This document shows positions 1 to 13,375 of a stretch of 64,000 nt of DNA, piece after piece. The notes beneath the pieces were generated by a model. It saw only the letters and a program-made list of their open reading frames with translations. It searched no databases and was not told the origin of the DNA. Within the stretch, counting starts at the first letter, position 1. Every line of letters begins with the position of its first letter. The position numbers were made by a program, and so were the translations under genes. Source of the stretch: Octopus vulgaris (lineage: Eukaryota); assembly GCA_951406725.2 (NCBI GenBank), contig OX597835.1, positions 7,378,001 through 7,442,000 on the forward strand. The letters run 5' to 3'.

Positions 1-520
1 TATGCATATATTCCTACATATACATGTATATATTTGTATGCTCATATTCATGTCTTGTTAAAATATTTTTTTTATTAACGACATGATTTTTACCCTAAGT
101 ATTCATCAATACCAATAATGTGATTGATCTTTGTCCTCGGGGCAGGAGAGACGGTCGTCTACACAGTTATTGCTAATTATATTTTCTTTTGTCATATTAG
201 TAACTTTATCACGATCTACCATTAGCTACGAACTGTTTACACCAGCGAATTTCCATTCGTATTCCATATTGCAAAAACATCGTCGCTGCTTAATGTTACA
301 GATAATCATAGATTGTAATTAGATCTCATGCTGGGTCATGAATATCATAAAATTCATTATGCATTTCTCAGTTCTCGTTTGTAAAAGGGATGTATCTAGG
401 CCAACCAAGGTGAAATCATTTGATCCATTTTATACATATAAAATCACTGAGAACGGGGCAGTTTCTTTCAACGTTGAAATGTTATCAAATACCAAGAGAA
501 AGCGCGGTTTGGATTCCGTT

Positions 521-533
521 TATTATTATTATC

Positions 534-590
<57 letters not shown>
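521..590. repeat. (TAT)n microsatellite
   Basis: Direct trinucleotide repeat. Confidence 0.95.
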
Positions 591-1145
591 GAGTGAGAGA
601 GCAGTTCATGCCATCAAAGTGACACTGGGGTAAAGTATACGAAGCCCAATATACCCATCATGACTACCCGTCTGATAAGGGTACACCAGGCACATGCATC
701 ACAACCATATGTGCGCGACATGGTGATCTCATATCAAGATAAACAGCACATGACCTTGCAGGTGGGGCCCAGTTAGAAATTTCTTCAGGTTGAGTAGCCC
801 ATCCCGCTCAAAAGGTCTCTGAATAAGGGCTGTTTAAGGATGTTGAAAGAACCACCCATGTTTCCAGAGGTGAATTATTCAAACCCCAAATAATTCCTCT
901 CAACACATGGCTATGATGCTCCCACACTACTTCTGCTCGTGATCAGAGATGCACATATCGCCAGCCACTAAGGGACATGCTCAATTGTTTAAGGTCAAAC
1001 AACTGACAAGCAAATCTGTGGTATTGAGCAGAATATTTGCTGTAGCCCATCTTTTATACCAAGACAAAACAATGTACATGATAACACTTCCAATCAGTTC
1101 AGATCAGAAGCCATGAGAGCCACTGCCTGGTACTGCATCAGGGCA

Positions 1146-1146
<1 letters not shown>
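591..1146 (-). mobile_element. ~550-bp non-coding interspersed element embedded in (TAA)n, copy 1
   Basis: High similarity to 52981-53520 (same orientation) and 45555-46030 (opposite orientation); all copies abut TAA/TTA repeats at the gagtgagagagcag end. Confidence 0.85.
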
Positions 1147-1228
<82 letters not shown>

Positions 1229-1281
1229 GTTATTATTATTATTATTATTGTTGTTGTTGTTGTTGTTGTTGTTATTATTAT

Positions 1282-1924
1282 TTTGGTTTGTCTTAGGTTC
1301 GGCCTTATTCCTGGTAAGGATTATGTGTATAGCGGGCTACTACCTGTAACCTGAGGTATCCACAAGTTTTCCACAGCCTTTCAAGTCCTTAGAACCTGCC
1401 TGATAATCCTTACTGTCTTCCAGAGACAAACGTTCTGCAGCCATGTTTTCTTTACCTTGGCTTATTGATCCCAGAGCACCAATTATTATAGACACGATCT
1501 TTACTGTTTGCATCTTCCTATTTCAAATTTTAGGGAATTGCATTTGCTTTTTTCTTCCTCTTTCTTTACGGTCCTGGAATTAAATTGACATGATGGGTCG
1601 ATAAGTAAGTAACTTCGTTTTTCCTTATCTATGATTGTAATATCTGGTCTATTATTTTCTAATTTCTTCTGCGTTTGAATATGTAAGTCCCACAAAAGCT
1701 TACATTTCTCCAGCACCGTTCCTCTTTCGACTTGATGATTCTACCATGTGTTTCCAGCTTTAAATCCACATTTCTGGCACGGTTTGCAGTGTAAAACTTT
1801 TACAATCTGGTCGTGCCTCCATTTCTTATATTCTTCCTGTGCTAACATGAGCTATTCTTCCACAGTCTGTGTCACTGTCACATTCCAAGTGCCACAGGCT
1901 CTACATTTTTCTGACACATTCTCT

Positions 1925-1925
<1 letters not shown>
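1282..1925 (-). mobile_element. R4/Dong-like non-LTR retrotransposon 3' fragment (zinc knuckle + restriction-like endonuclease), degenerate
   Basis: Translates to ...KWRHDQIVKVLH...LLWDLHIQTQKKLENNRPDITIIDKEKRSYLLIDPS (RHD and PD-D RLE motifs); 3' end runs into (TAA/CAA)n. Confidence 0.8.
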
Positions 1926-1983
<58 letters not shown>

Positions 1984-1985
<2 letters not shown>

Positions 1986-2385
1986 TCTTTTACTCTTTTA
2001 CTTGTTTCAGTCATTTGACTGCGGCCATGCTGGAGCACCGCCTTTAGTCGAGCAAATCGACCTCGGGACTTATTCTTTGTAAGCCCAGTACTTATTTTAT
2101 CGGTCTCTTTTGCCGAACCGCTAAGTGACGGGGACGTAAACACACCAGCATCGGTTGTCAAACAATGCTAGGGGGGACAAACACACACATATAAACACAC
2201 ACGCACATATACATATATATACATATATACGACGGGCTTCTTTCAGTTTTCGTCTACCAAATTCACTCACAAGGCTTTGGTCAGCTATAGTAGAAGACAC
2301 TTGCCCAAGGTGTCACGCAGTGGGACGGAACCCGGAACCATATGGTTGGTAAGCAAGCTACTTACCACACAGCCATTCCTGCGCC
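1984..2385 (-). mobile_element. tRNA-derived SINE family A (~400 bp; octopus OK-like)
   Basis: tRNA-like head ggcgcagga.tggctgtgtggtaag...gggttc, internal microsatellite, tail ggcggtgctccagcatggccgcagtcaaatgactgaaacaagtaaaagag; about 20 full or partial copies in the window. Confidence 0.85.
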
Positions 2386-3115
2386 TATATATATATATAA
2401 GTTGTTTGTTTTTAATCGCTTCATCTTGGGTTGCTACAATTATGCTATGTTTCTTTTATTAATTGCCCCTTTTTTAACCAAGCCCAGGATTTTGTACCAC
2501 ATGTGTCTTCAGTGACTCTCCAAAACTGGCCATACAGAGGTTTCTCTTCGATCTGGATGACTTGCTTTCTTTGTATTTCATTCTCGTCCTTTTCTCTTAT
2601 TATGCGCTTCATCACCTGTTCTGTCTTAACTACCTTTAGTAGTTTTTTTTGTGTGTGTTGCTCTGTAAATACTCTATTAGATTTTTTTTACACCTGTACA
2701 TATTCTTTTACTGCTATTAAACATCTTACATCGTTATCTCTCCTCAAGTACAGCCGGTTGATATCAGCTTTTGGATAGTGGGTTCCATACATCATTAAGA
2801 ACTTAGTTTTTTTTGTTAAGTTTCTTTATTTCGTTCTGACCTGACCCTATTATACCAACTAACCTTTTTGGACGGCTATAGAATGTGCCCCAAATAAATA
2901 ATGACAAAATCCATGCTACCAACACAGTCAAATACCAGGACGAAGACAAGCACAAAAGCAACAGAAACGATCAGAGTCGTAAATGCAACGATGGCAACAA
3001 AGCTACGGCATCTACAGGAAATAAACAAAGAGGACAATAGCTTACAAGATTGGTACTACTACCACCAGCAATACAAGCAAATGATAATAATGCTAATGAT
3101 TACTCCAGGTTAGCT

Positions 3116-3720
3116 GTATTTCGTTTGCCATTACGTTCCGAGTTCAAATTCCGCCGAGGTCGACTTTGCCTTTCATCCTTTTGGCGTCGATTAAATAAGT
3201 ACCAGTTACGCACTGGGGTCGATATAATCGACTTAATCCGTTTGTCTGTCCTTGTTTGTCCCCTCTATGTTTAGCCCGTTGTAGGCAATAAAGAAATAAG
3301 AAACGTTAGCACGCCGGGCGAAATGCTTTGCAGTATTTCGTCTGTCTTTACGTTCTGAGTTCAAATTCCGCCGAGGTCGACTTTGCCTTTCATCCTTTCG
3401 GCGTCGATTAAATAAGTACCAGTTACGCCCTGGGGTCGATATAATCGACTTAATCCGTTTTTTCTGTCCTTGTTTGTCCCCTCTATATTTAGCCCGTTGT
3501 AGGCAATAAAGAAATAAGAAACGTTAGCACGCCGGGCGAAATGTTTTGCAATATTTCGTCTGTCTTTACGTTCTGAGTTCAAATTCCCCCGAGGTCAACT
3601 TTGCCTTTCATCCTTTAGGCATCGATAAATTAAGTACCAGTTGCGGACTGGAGTCGATCTAATCGACTGCCCCCCTCCCCCCAGAATTTTCCGATCTTGT
3701 GCCTAGAGTAGAAAAGAATA
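3116..3720 (+). mobile_element. SINE family B, tandem array of about three partial units
   Basis: Repeated gagttcaaattccgccgaggtcgactttgcctttcatcc...aagtaccagtt with ~220-bp period. Confidence 0.85.
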
Positions 3721-3732
3721 TTGATCAAACAA

Positions 3733-3966
3733 TCTATTTCTTTATTAACCACAAGGGGCTAAACACAGAGGGGACAAACAAGGACAGACATAGGTATTAA
3801 GTCGATTACATCGACCCTAGTTCGTAACTGGTACTTAATTTATCGACCCCGAAAAGATGAAAGGCAAAGTCGACCTCGGCGGAATTTGAACTCAGAACGT
3901 AACGGCAGACGAAATACCATTAAGTGTTTCGCCCGGCGTGCTAACATTTCTGCCAGCTCGCCGCCT
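3733..3966 (-). mobile_element. SINE family B, full copy with probable TSD
   Basis: Reverse complement of family B; flanked by ttgatcaaacaa / ttgttcaaacaa. Confidence 0.8.
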
Positions 3967-5005
3967 TTGTTCAAACAACAGCTGGGTAGACAACACCGTC
4001 ATTCTTCGTGGATGTTGTGTTCCTCATCATTTTCGTTGGTCACTAAGAAGACTTTGCGTTTTAGCAAATATCAATGATTATTGATGTAGTGAAAACTAGT
4101 GAAACATTAGGCACGAGGAGATTCGATACATTAATGCAAGACTATATAATTTAGTAATTGATAAGCATTTAATTAATTTAAGTAGTGGACTTTTATTTTC
4201 ACTTGAGAGAATCTGAGATAGTTTAACGTTTAAACGAAATCTAAAGTTTCTTTCTCCATGAAGATTTACAGCGTTGGACAACGTAGGACGATACACTTTA
4301 CCTCTACCGTGTTTTTGAAATTGCCAATCACATCGTTAGTTGTTGTAATTAAAAAGAGATAAGATATAAAGTTCCGTTTGAATAAACAAGCAGACGATGC
4401 TACTGGCATCTGGAATTCATAATTGGACAGAATAATTACAATGTGGCCTTGTAATTTAATTATTTGTTGATTTGTCCGCGACACATACTAATGGATAATT
4501 AATTTACAAGGCCAACCACATAGTGTAGTGTGTTGTGGCCAATACAGAGTATTTCATCTTCGTGGTGTAGTGTGAGAAGCAAGTCTGCTCATGTGAAATC
4601 AACCCCCCCTCTTCTGTACTGGTTTTACAATTGGCTGTAAGCAATGATTGCTAAGAAAAGCATACATTATTAACAGCACAGTCGACCCTTAATAGTACAT
4701 TTCACGGGGGTAGAACAGTACATGTTTATAGATATATCATAAGAGAAGATCTGCGTTCCATCTTGAATGTAATCAAAATCTCCGTCGGACACAAGATTTA
4801 TTTATAGACAACACGTAATAAGTTTTAATCAGAGACGCAGTTATGATCGTGTGATTAAAATGCTCGCTTTACAGCTATGTGGATTTGAGTTCAATCTCAC
4901 TGCACAGCAACCGGTCTATTTCTTTTCCTGTAGTCTTGAGACGACCAATGCTTTGTGAGTGGATTTGAGGATTTAATAGACTGTTACTGTGCGGAACACA
5001 CACTC

Positions 5006-5070
<65 letters not shown>

Positions 5071-5215
5071 TGATGGATAGATGGATAGACAGATAGATAG
5101 ATAGATAGATAGATAGATAGGTAGATGGATAGATAGATAGACAGAAAGACAGGCAGGCAGACAGACAGACAGGCAGATAGACAGACAGATGGATAGATAG
5201 GTAGATGGATAGATG

Positions 5216-5252
<37 letters not shown>

Positions 5253-5320
5253 GCAGACAGACATACAGATAGGCAGGCAGATAGATAGACAGACAGACAG
5301 GCAGACAGATAGATAGATAG
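5006..5320. repeat. (GATA/GACA)n microsatellite
   Basis: Tetranucleotide repeat. Confidence 0.95.
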
Positions 5321-5383
5321 TTTTCCTCCAACAAGACATAAATATTTATTATGTCTGTGTATATGTCTGTGTATATATGTCTG

Positions 5384-5500
<117 letters not shown>

Positions 5501-5522
5501 GTATGTATGTATGTGTATATAT

Positions 5523-8500
5523 TAGTGTTAAGACTCTTTTAGTTTTGGGGAAGTGAACGATTTCCTGTATCAAAATTCGATGAACAATTACATATAAGTA
5601 AGGAAAATAAATCGTATTTTCAAGTTTTTAAAAGAACACCACCCCCAACTGAAGAAAACATGCAAAATTCTAGGAGGGACGTTCATAAAGCGTACACAAA
5701 CTAAACTTGGTTTAGTGACTTAAGGCAATGCAGAAGACTTATATCACAAATTTCAGCTTTCAAGTTTAGGTGTTATAGAGTTTTTAATTTGTTACTACTT
5801 AGGCCCTACTTTAGGAAATATCCTATTCCATTCCTTTTTATTTCTGTGACTCTAACTATATTGACTGTTTTTCAGAATAGTAAGCTTATTTAAAATAATG
5901 TCTCAAAAGAGAAGTGCTTGTGCCACTCAAGGAAACAGAATAATGTGGACGAAGAATCTCAAGACTGACATAGGAAAAGAAGACAGGTTCCTCTAGAAGA
6001 GCATCCGTTGGAAAACAACTGCAGGATACCAATGAAACTTCAAATTGTCGGTTGCTATCTGTTCCTTGGAGGTACCGTCAAATGAAGGAAAGGAAATTTC
6101 GGAAGGAGTAACATTTTTATGGCAAAAGAAATTAAATTTCCCATATTTATCAATTCAAAATGTACAGAAAAAATTAGAAAAAGTAATGAATATCTACGAT
6201 TATTTTGTGTAAAACGGGGAAAATACGATTCATTGAAATTAATCTTTGACATTACAAAGGAAAACAGCGAATGCCTGTGCAATGAGGATAGAAGGTTATA
6301 TTACCTTCAGATTGAAAGCATGGGACGGGTTGGGTATGCAACTGGAAAGACAAAACTATTCACCCAAAAAACAAAAAAGTGTCCTTAATGCCAACTTCAA
6401 CCAAAGCAACTCCAGTGTTATCGTCCACGTCTGGAGCAGAGACTGAAAGTGAATATCAAGAGTCCGAAAAATCAGATAAAGACTCCACACAAACAAGGAG
6501 GAAGTAGAGCAAAACTGGAACTGCAATCAAGTTAGTAATATCTTCCAAGCTATCAACCCAAAAAGCAGCAAAAGTTTGTTGACGAATATCTCAAGATGGA
6601 ATCTATGTCGAGGGTCCTTCGAAATCTGGTATTTACAGATCAACTATCAAAGAAGCTATTAAACTAAAAAAAAGAAATGAAAAAAAAAACTATATTTAGA
6701 AAACTGGTCATTGCATTTTGATGGTAAACGTATTGATGACCAAGAATACCAAGTGTTAGTTTTCAAGAATGAACAGGGCGATTCCTGAAGTTAAGTTACA
6801 AGCACTCCAATTACCAAAGGGAAAAGCCAATACTGAAAGGAATTACGGCTGTTTTAGATGAATACAATTTATGGAACTGTGCAAAGATGACTGTCGCTGA
6901 TACAACGAGTGTGATCACTGGGAAAAGAAATATCACTGTTATCCAGTTGCAAAGACTATTTGCTCAAAAGGGCTTGAAAGAACCGCAATTTATGGGTTGT
7001 CAGCATCATATCCCAGAGCTTCAAAGTAATTACGAGAAACTCCAGGCTAATTTCAACAATGGTGAAGAAAAAATTACTGAATCAGTAGGATGGCGACATG
7101 ACAGGAAATTCTTATTTCATTTGACCAGAGATTTTCGTTTCTTTGAAGAAACCGGAAAATTTCCTACTGTAAAGTTTCAAAAAAAATACACAACTTAAGT
7201 AATGCAAGATGGAAATCTGTTGCAATACTGGCTCTTTTGGCATTTATTCTTCTACCAGAGAAAAGAGTTTTGCTTCTCAATATTTCTCGATTCATCTCTT
7301 ATAGCTGGACAGATTTTTGGTTTACTGATTAAATGTTAAATGCACATGATTATCAGGAGTTATGTGTTAGTCAGCAAGTTCATAAAAACGCATTGAACTC
7401 AGTAAAAAACTTTTGGAGACGAGCACCTCCCAGAACAAATCAGAGTGCAGAAAGGGCAATCAAGTGCCTTCAAGACCTTTATGATGTTTGTAAAAAGAAG
7501 AAATTTCAGCTCCGATTTATTTTATCTAACAAAACATATTTATTCTATTTATGTTCAAAATTTTGCTAACATTCAGCGCCCTTTTTCTTATAGTTATTCA
7601 AAATTGGAATTATACCTATAAAGTTTAAAATATATATTCTCTTTTACTCTTTTACTTGTTTCAGTCATTTGACTGCGGCCATGCTGGAGCACCGCCTTTA
7701 ATCGAGCAACTTGACCCCGGGTCTTATTCTTTTGTAAGCCCAGTACTTATTCTATCGGTCTCTTTTGCCGAACCGCTAAGTAACGGGGATATAAACACAC
7801 CAGCATCGGTTGTCAAGCAATGCTAGGGGGACAAACACAGACACACAAACACACACACACGCATATATATATATATATATATATACAAATATACGACAGG
7901 CTTCTTTCAGTTTCCGTCTACCAAATAAACTCACAAGGCTTTGGTCGGCCCGAGGCTATAGTAGAAGACACTTGCCCACGGTGCCACGCAGTGGGACTGA
8001 ACCCGGAACCATGTGGTTGGTAAACAAGCTAATTACCACACAGCCACTCCTGCGCCTATTGTTTTTAATTTTGTATATTATAGAATGCTTTTAGTGACCT
8101 CTGTCATAGATTAGCCTAGTTTTTAACCTTTGCATAGAACAATTTCAATTCAGTAATCTTAAAAATGTATGATTACACTTTTATTCTACATCTCTCTTGC
8201 GTTTACAAGGATTTAGGCCTCGGAAATACTGAAGTGTGAATCTCGTGCTACCTAGTAATTATAATTTAAGAAGCCCATAACTCTACTTCAACTAGAAAAC
8301 TGACATTTCAGAGATACTATTTCTGTATTGCATTGCGTCAGCACACCAAGTTTGGTAAAACCTCGAGCAGGGGTTATGAACCCCACTAGAATTTTGCATG
8401 GTTTGGGTCAAAAGTGGTGATTGATGTCTTAAGCTGGGAGAGACGTTTCGTTTTTGCAAATAAAACAAAGTAAAAGTAAATATTAGTTTCCTGACTTATA

Positions 8501-8560
8501 TGAACTTATTCTGCTAATTACAGAAAAGGGTTATTAGGTTGTGCAAAGGTCATAACCTTA
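5523..8560 (+). mobile_element. Degenerate hAT-like (hATm-type) DNA transposon with long imperfect terminal inverted repeats
   Basis: Broken transposase motifs HFDGK, DTTSVITG, GCQHHI, ARW and NQSAERAIK at ~6700-7550; 5580-5765 is an imperfect reverse complement of ~8290-8510 (catgcaaaattctag, aaacttggt, catataagt.aggaaa). Confidence 0.7.
7638..8057 (-). mobile_element. SINE family A inserted in the DNA transposon
   Basis: Full family A copy. Confidence 0.85.
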
Positions 8561-8693
8561 GTATGTATGTATGTATGTATGTATGTATGTATGTATGTAT
8601 GTATGTATGTATTTATATATATACATGTACGTATATATATACATGTATGTATATATACATGTATGTATATATATATATGTATATGTATATATG

Positions 8694-8788
<95 letters not shown>

Positions 8789-9599
8789 AGACCACCATCG
8801 GTCATGAATGCCCGTGGGATTGCACCTAGAATGTTACCCTCCCGTGGCAAAAGGAAAGAAGAAGAAAAACGGGGCATTGCCGGCGATTTGTAACACAGTG
8901 CCGGCAAGTCCCGAAGCCCCGCCGATGGGAATTATGCCACCAACGGAAGAAGCTGTAACCCCTTCATATGTGATAGGCGAGGAATTTGTAATCCTCTTTC
9001 ACAAGGGAGGGGTTTTAGAAAACGCTGTAAAGAAGGTGAAAAAAAAAAAAGGCCTGAGGGAAGGAGTTCTGTCCTGCACAGAAGAACCTGATTGGCCCCC
9101 GCAGGTGGCTGCCGATGTCTTAGGGGAAACCGACTTGTGCAGAATAATTAACTCCTTCCCCGAAAAAATATTGAAATTCATACTAAAGTGTCTCGAGATG
9201 TAAAAAAGGTTAGAGGCTTAGTGCTTCATTTTGTAAGGACGAGGGAGTCCATTTTTGAAAAATGTAAGAGGCTTCTTTTCATTATATGTTTTTGATAAAT
9301 TTTGTTGGGAAGGCTTTGGTCTTGTGCTAAAATTAAAAATCCATCAATCTCTGCTTTGAGTCCTGAGCTTCTTAGCCATTGTTGAGAATTTGCTTTGTTT
9401 ATTTCTTTTGCGTTTAGCTAAACCCAGTATTTGCCATGATTGGGCTTTTCTTGTCATCGCTTCATCATAATCCGTTGCTGTTCCAGTTTTAGTTTGGATT
9501 TCAGTTGTTTTACAGCTTTTGTTGTTTCTTTTTTTTTTCTTCATAGTTGTTAGGTAGTATGACATCTGTTTTTGTATTTGTCATCTTCCTTAAAGACTG

Positions 9600-10265
9600 A
9601 AAATAGTTTTGTTTTGTTTTGTTTGTGTTTTGTGGCTATTTGTATTAGTTTACCTGCTTCTGAATTAGGTATTTTTGCAGTCCTATAGTGGTTATTTTGT
9701 AATAGTTTTCTAGCTGTATAAGGCCTCTACCACCTTCTATACGTTGTATATATATATAACATTTTTATGTCACATTTTGGGTGGTGCATCTTAAATCCTG
9801 TCATTATTTTTCTTGTTTTACTGTCTATTTTGATTTGTTCATTTAGAGTCCTGTTAAGAATACTGTCAATGTAACTTATAACTGGGACAACTAGAGTGTG
9901 GATACCTATTATCTTGTTTTTCGCATTGAGCTCTGTTTTCAGTATTAATCTAAATCGTCTATTGTATTCTTTTCTTATTCTCTCTTTCATTTGTGTATGT
10001 TGTATAGTATCTATTCAATTGATTTCTAAGTATGTGTATGTCTGGCTTTGTTCTAGTTGTCTTACTTCATTTGCTTTATCTTGTGTGATGTTGCTACTCT
10101 TAACAAAAGTTTCCTCTTTTCAAGGTAACTTTGGCACATTTTTCTAAGCCAAATTTCATATTTATTTCTTTGGTAAATCCATGTACTCTTTGTAGTAATG
10201 TGTCCAGCTGTTTATCATTTGTAGTGTACAGTTTTAGGTCTTACATATATAAGAGGTGGCTGAGA
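9600..10265 (-). mobile_element. R4/Dong-like reverse transcriptase fragment
   Basis: HLLYM*DLKLY..., INMKFGLEKCAK, YLEI, KERIRKEYNRRFRLILKTELNAKNKIIGI...HHPKCDI...GGRGL; starts right after a (TAA)n tract. Confidence 0.8.
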
Positions 10266-10269
10266 ACTA

Positions 10270-10361
<92 letters not shown>

Positions 10362-10362
10362 T

Positions 10363-10703
10363 ATAGCCTTTGCACAGCTTCTAATGCTGGAGGTGTACTA
10401 CAGTGTCAACTGTCCACTACCAGTGAACTAAGGTAACACCTCTTATTTTTCGAGCACCTTCCATAGTATTCGAGCGGTTCCAAGCAGTGCTGCTTTCTGC
10501 AAGTGCCCCACCCTTATTGCAGCCCCTATTTGTTCCATGTACTTCTCGAGATTTTTGCTCACTGTTCCCAGGGCTCCGACAATTATTAGTACTACTGCTA
10601 CCTTTTTCATCGACCACAAATGCTTAATTTCCCAAGCTAACCAGTCATATCTGTCGACTTTTCTTTCTTCCTTTACGCATACCTTGTTGTCAGCTGGATA
10701 TGC
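10363..10703 (-). mobile_element. R4/Dong-like 3' end (RLE C-terminus + 3' UTR) between TAA tracts
   Basis: KEERKVDRYDWLAWEIKHLWSMKKVAVVLIIVGALGTV...LQKAALLGTARILWKVLEK*. Confidence 0.8.
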
Positions 10704-10726
10704 TTATTATTATCATCATCATCATC

Positions 10727-10788
<62 letters not shown>

Positions 10789-10797
10789 CATTATTAT

Positions 10798-10832
<35 letters not shown>

Positions 10833-10879
10833 TTTTATTATTATTATTATCATTATTATAATCATTATTATTATTATCA

Positions 10880-10937
<58 letters not shown>

Positions 10938-10957
10938 CATTATTATTATTATTATTG

Positions 10958-11329
10958 ATTCCAAGTGTCACCCAGAGGCTTCAAGTGATATTCATGTCAG
11001 TATTATGACTAGGGTAGCACATTTTTGGTTTTGCACGGAGTATTGTTCAAGAGTGTGTCTGTCAAAACAAAAGAAAATTAAAAGTTTGTTTTCAAAGTAA
11101 CTTGATAAGATGATAGTGTGATCTTAAGCAAATGTTTGCTATTCTGTACCGTTTAAAGTAGTTTTAATAATAATGTTCACAGATTAAAATGTTTGGGTGA
11201 TTACATAGACAGTATTTTTCTTAGAGTATGAACAGTTCCCATGAGCACTAATTTTTTTGTTGGATTTCCTGATATCTAAGATAGGGAACAATCAGCCCCT
11301 TTTGCTATCATTACCAAGACGCCTCCACA
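10958..11329 (-). mobile_element. R4/Dong-like extreme 3' end + 3' UTR between TAA/TGA tracts
   Basis: ...KKLVLMGTVHTLRKILSM* resembles the conserved RLE C-terminal helix; flanked by TAA repeats. Confidence 0.55.
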
Positions 11330-11353
11330 TTATTATTATTATTATTATTATTA

Positions 11354-11414
<61 letters not shown>

Positions 11415-11510
11415 CATCAACATCATCATTATCACCATCATCATCATTACCATCATCGTCATCATCGTCATCATCGTCACCATCATCATCATCATCGTCA
11501 TCATCGTCAC

Positions 11511-11555
<45 letters not shown>

Positions 11556-11616
11556 TATCATTATTATGATTATTATCATCATCAACATCATCATCATCAT
11601 CATCAGCAGCAGCAAG

Positions 11617-11682
<66 letters not shown>

Positions 11683-11698
11683 CATTATTATTATTATT
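11330..11698. repeat. (TAT)/(CAT)n compound microsatellite
   Basis: Trinucleotide repeats. Confidence 0.95.
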
Positions 11699-12514
11699 TG
11701 GCTTAACTAATTTCTGCAAAAGCCTGTTGATTTTCTATGTGTCTAAATAGACAGATGTTTGCGTGTTATTGCCTTTCTTCTCGCCTGCAATAATTAAGAC
11801 GCTCGTTGTTCTTGTCCATATTGTTGCTGTTACCGCTGTTCGAAAGCAATTAGGATAAGTGTATTTACAATTCGGTCTAAACACAATAAATAAATAAATA
11901 AAAGCATCAAAAGAATACGAAAATAAAAATAATGGCGCAAAATTCGTCCATAAAAGACACGAAACGAAATCTAAAAACATAAATAAGACCAAAAAAAAAA
12001 TTCTAATTCATCGAAAAATAATTAACGTGGGAACAATTAAAGATATGACACTTAGAAATAATTCATAGCAGTGTTATTTTTCTTCAAAATGGCGGCTCGT
12101 AAAAGTGAAGTAGTGTCGGGATGTGAAGGCAAACGGAATTTTTCGGTAGCGAGAGAACCTTCAAGAGAGGGAATTTACAGCGGTTTTAGAGAGATTAGAT
12201 GTTAGAGATTGAGATGATGATGAAACTGGTGTTCTGATACACGCGGATCGTGTCAAATCATATATGTATAACGCGTGTTTATGTGTGCGTGGTAGTGTTT
12301 GAATTTGTGTATATATGTATAAGTATGTATACGCGTAAGTATGTATAAGCTAGTATATGTGTGTGTATGTGTGTGTGAGAGAGAGAGAGAGTGAGATGGA
12401 GAGAGTGTGTGTGTGCGTGCATGCGCGTGTGCCTGTGTTACCTATATAGAAGATATATAAACAGGGCTAAATTAGAGCTATCACACCGTAGATGAAAAAT
12501 ATGATGAACATCCT

Positions 12515-12565
<51 letters not shown>

Positions 12566-12982
12566 TGTGTGTGTGTAATTATTGAGAGAGATGGGTAATA
12601 GAAGATACGAGAATCTTTATTAATCACTACAATCGTTTCGACCTACCTAGTATTGATCCATCGCGAGTGGGATATTGTACAACAGGTTTAGGTGTATTCG
12701 TCGGTGTAGATTTGTCTTCTCGGGTGATTTCAAGACGTAATGTTATTATCTGTCCGAATATGCTTGAAGCACGTTCGAACTAGGGAACACGCTACTCACT
12801 GCGTTTTGTCACGGAAAATATATCCCGTTTGTTGACAACGCCACCTAACCAGACTGTGAGATGCTAGCATTTCGGAGTAATTATGTCCTCTTCGATCGCA
12901 GACACTTGGCAAGCGGCGCTACGAGCTGATTGAAGACATTGATTCTGTTATATGCTTTTCCAGTCACCATATGGTGACTGGT

Positions 12983-13375
12983 GGAGGCGCAATGGCCCAG
13001 TGGTTAGGGCAGCGGACTCGCGGTCATAGGATCGCGGTTTCGATTCCCAGACCGGGCGTTGTGAGTGTTTATTGAGCGAAAACACCTAAAACCTCCACGA
13101 GGCTCCGGCAGGGGATGGTGGCGATCCCTGCTGTACTCTTTCACCACAACTTTCTCCCACTCTTACTTCCTGTTTATGTTGTACCTGTATTTCAAAGGGC
13201 CGGCCTTGTCACTCTCTGTGTCACGCTGAATCTCCCCGAGAACTACGTTAAGGGTACACGTGTCTGTGGAGTGCTCAGCCACTTACACGTTAATTTCACG
13301 AGCAGGCTGTTCCGTTGATTCGGATCAACCGCAACCCTCATCGTCGTAACCGACGGAGTGCTTAAGAAGAAGAAG
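12983..13375 (+). mobile_element. tRNA-derived SINE family C, long tail (OR1-like), 14-bp TSD
   Basis: Head ggaggcgcaatggcccagtggttagg...ggtttcgattccc; (aag)n tail; TSD atatggtgactggt at 12969-12982 and 13376-13389. Confidence 0.9.

Noticed and set aside
8790-9340. GC-richer segment with a 131-aa ORF
   Set aside because: No recognisable protein motif; possibly a decayed retroelement but cannot be supported
12983-13055. tRNA gene
   Set aside because: tRNA-like SINE head continuing into a SINE body with tail and TSD
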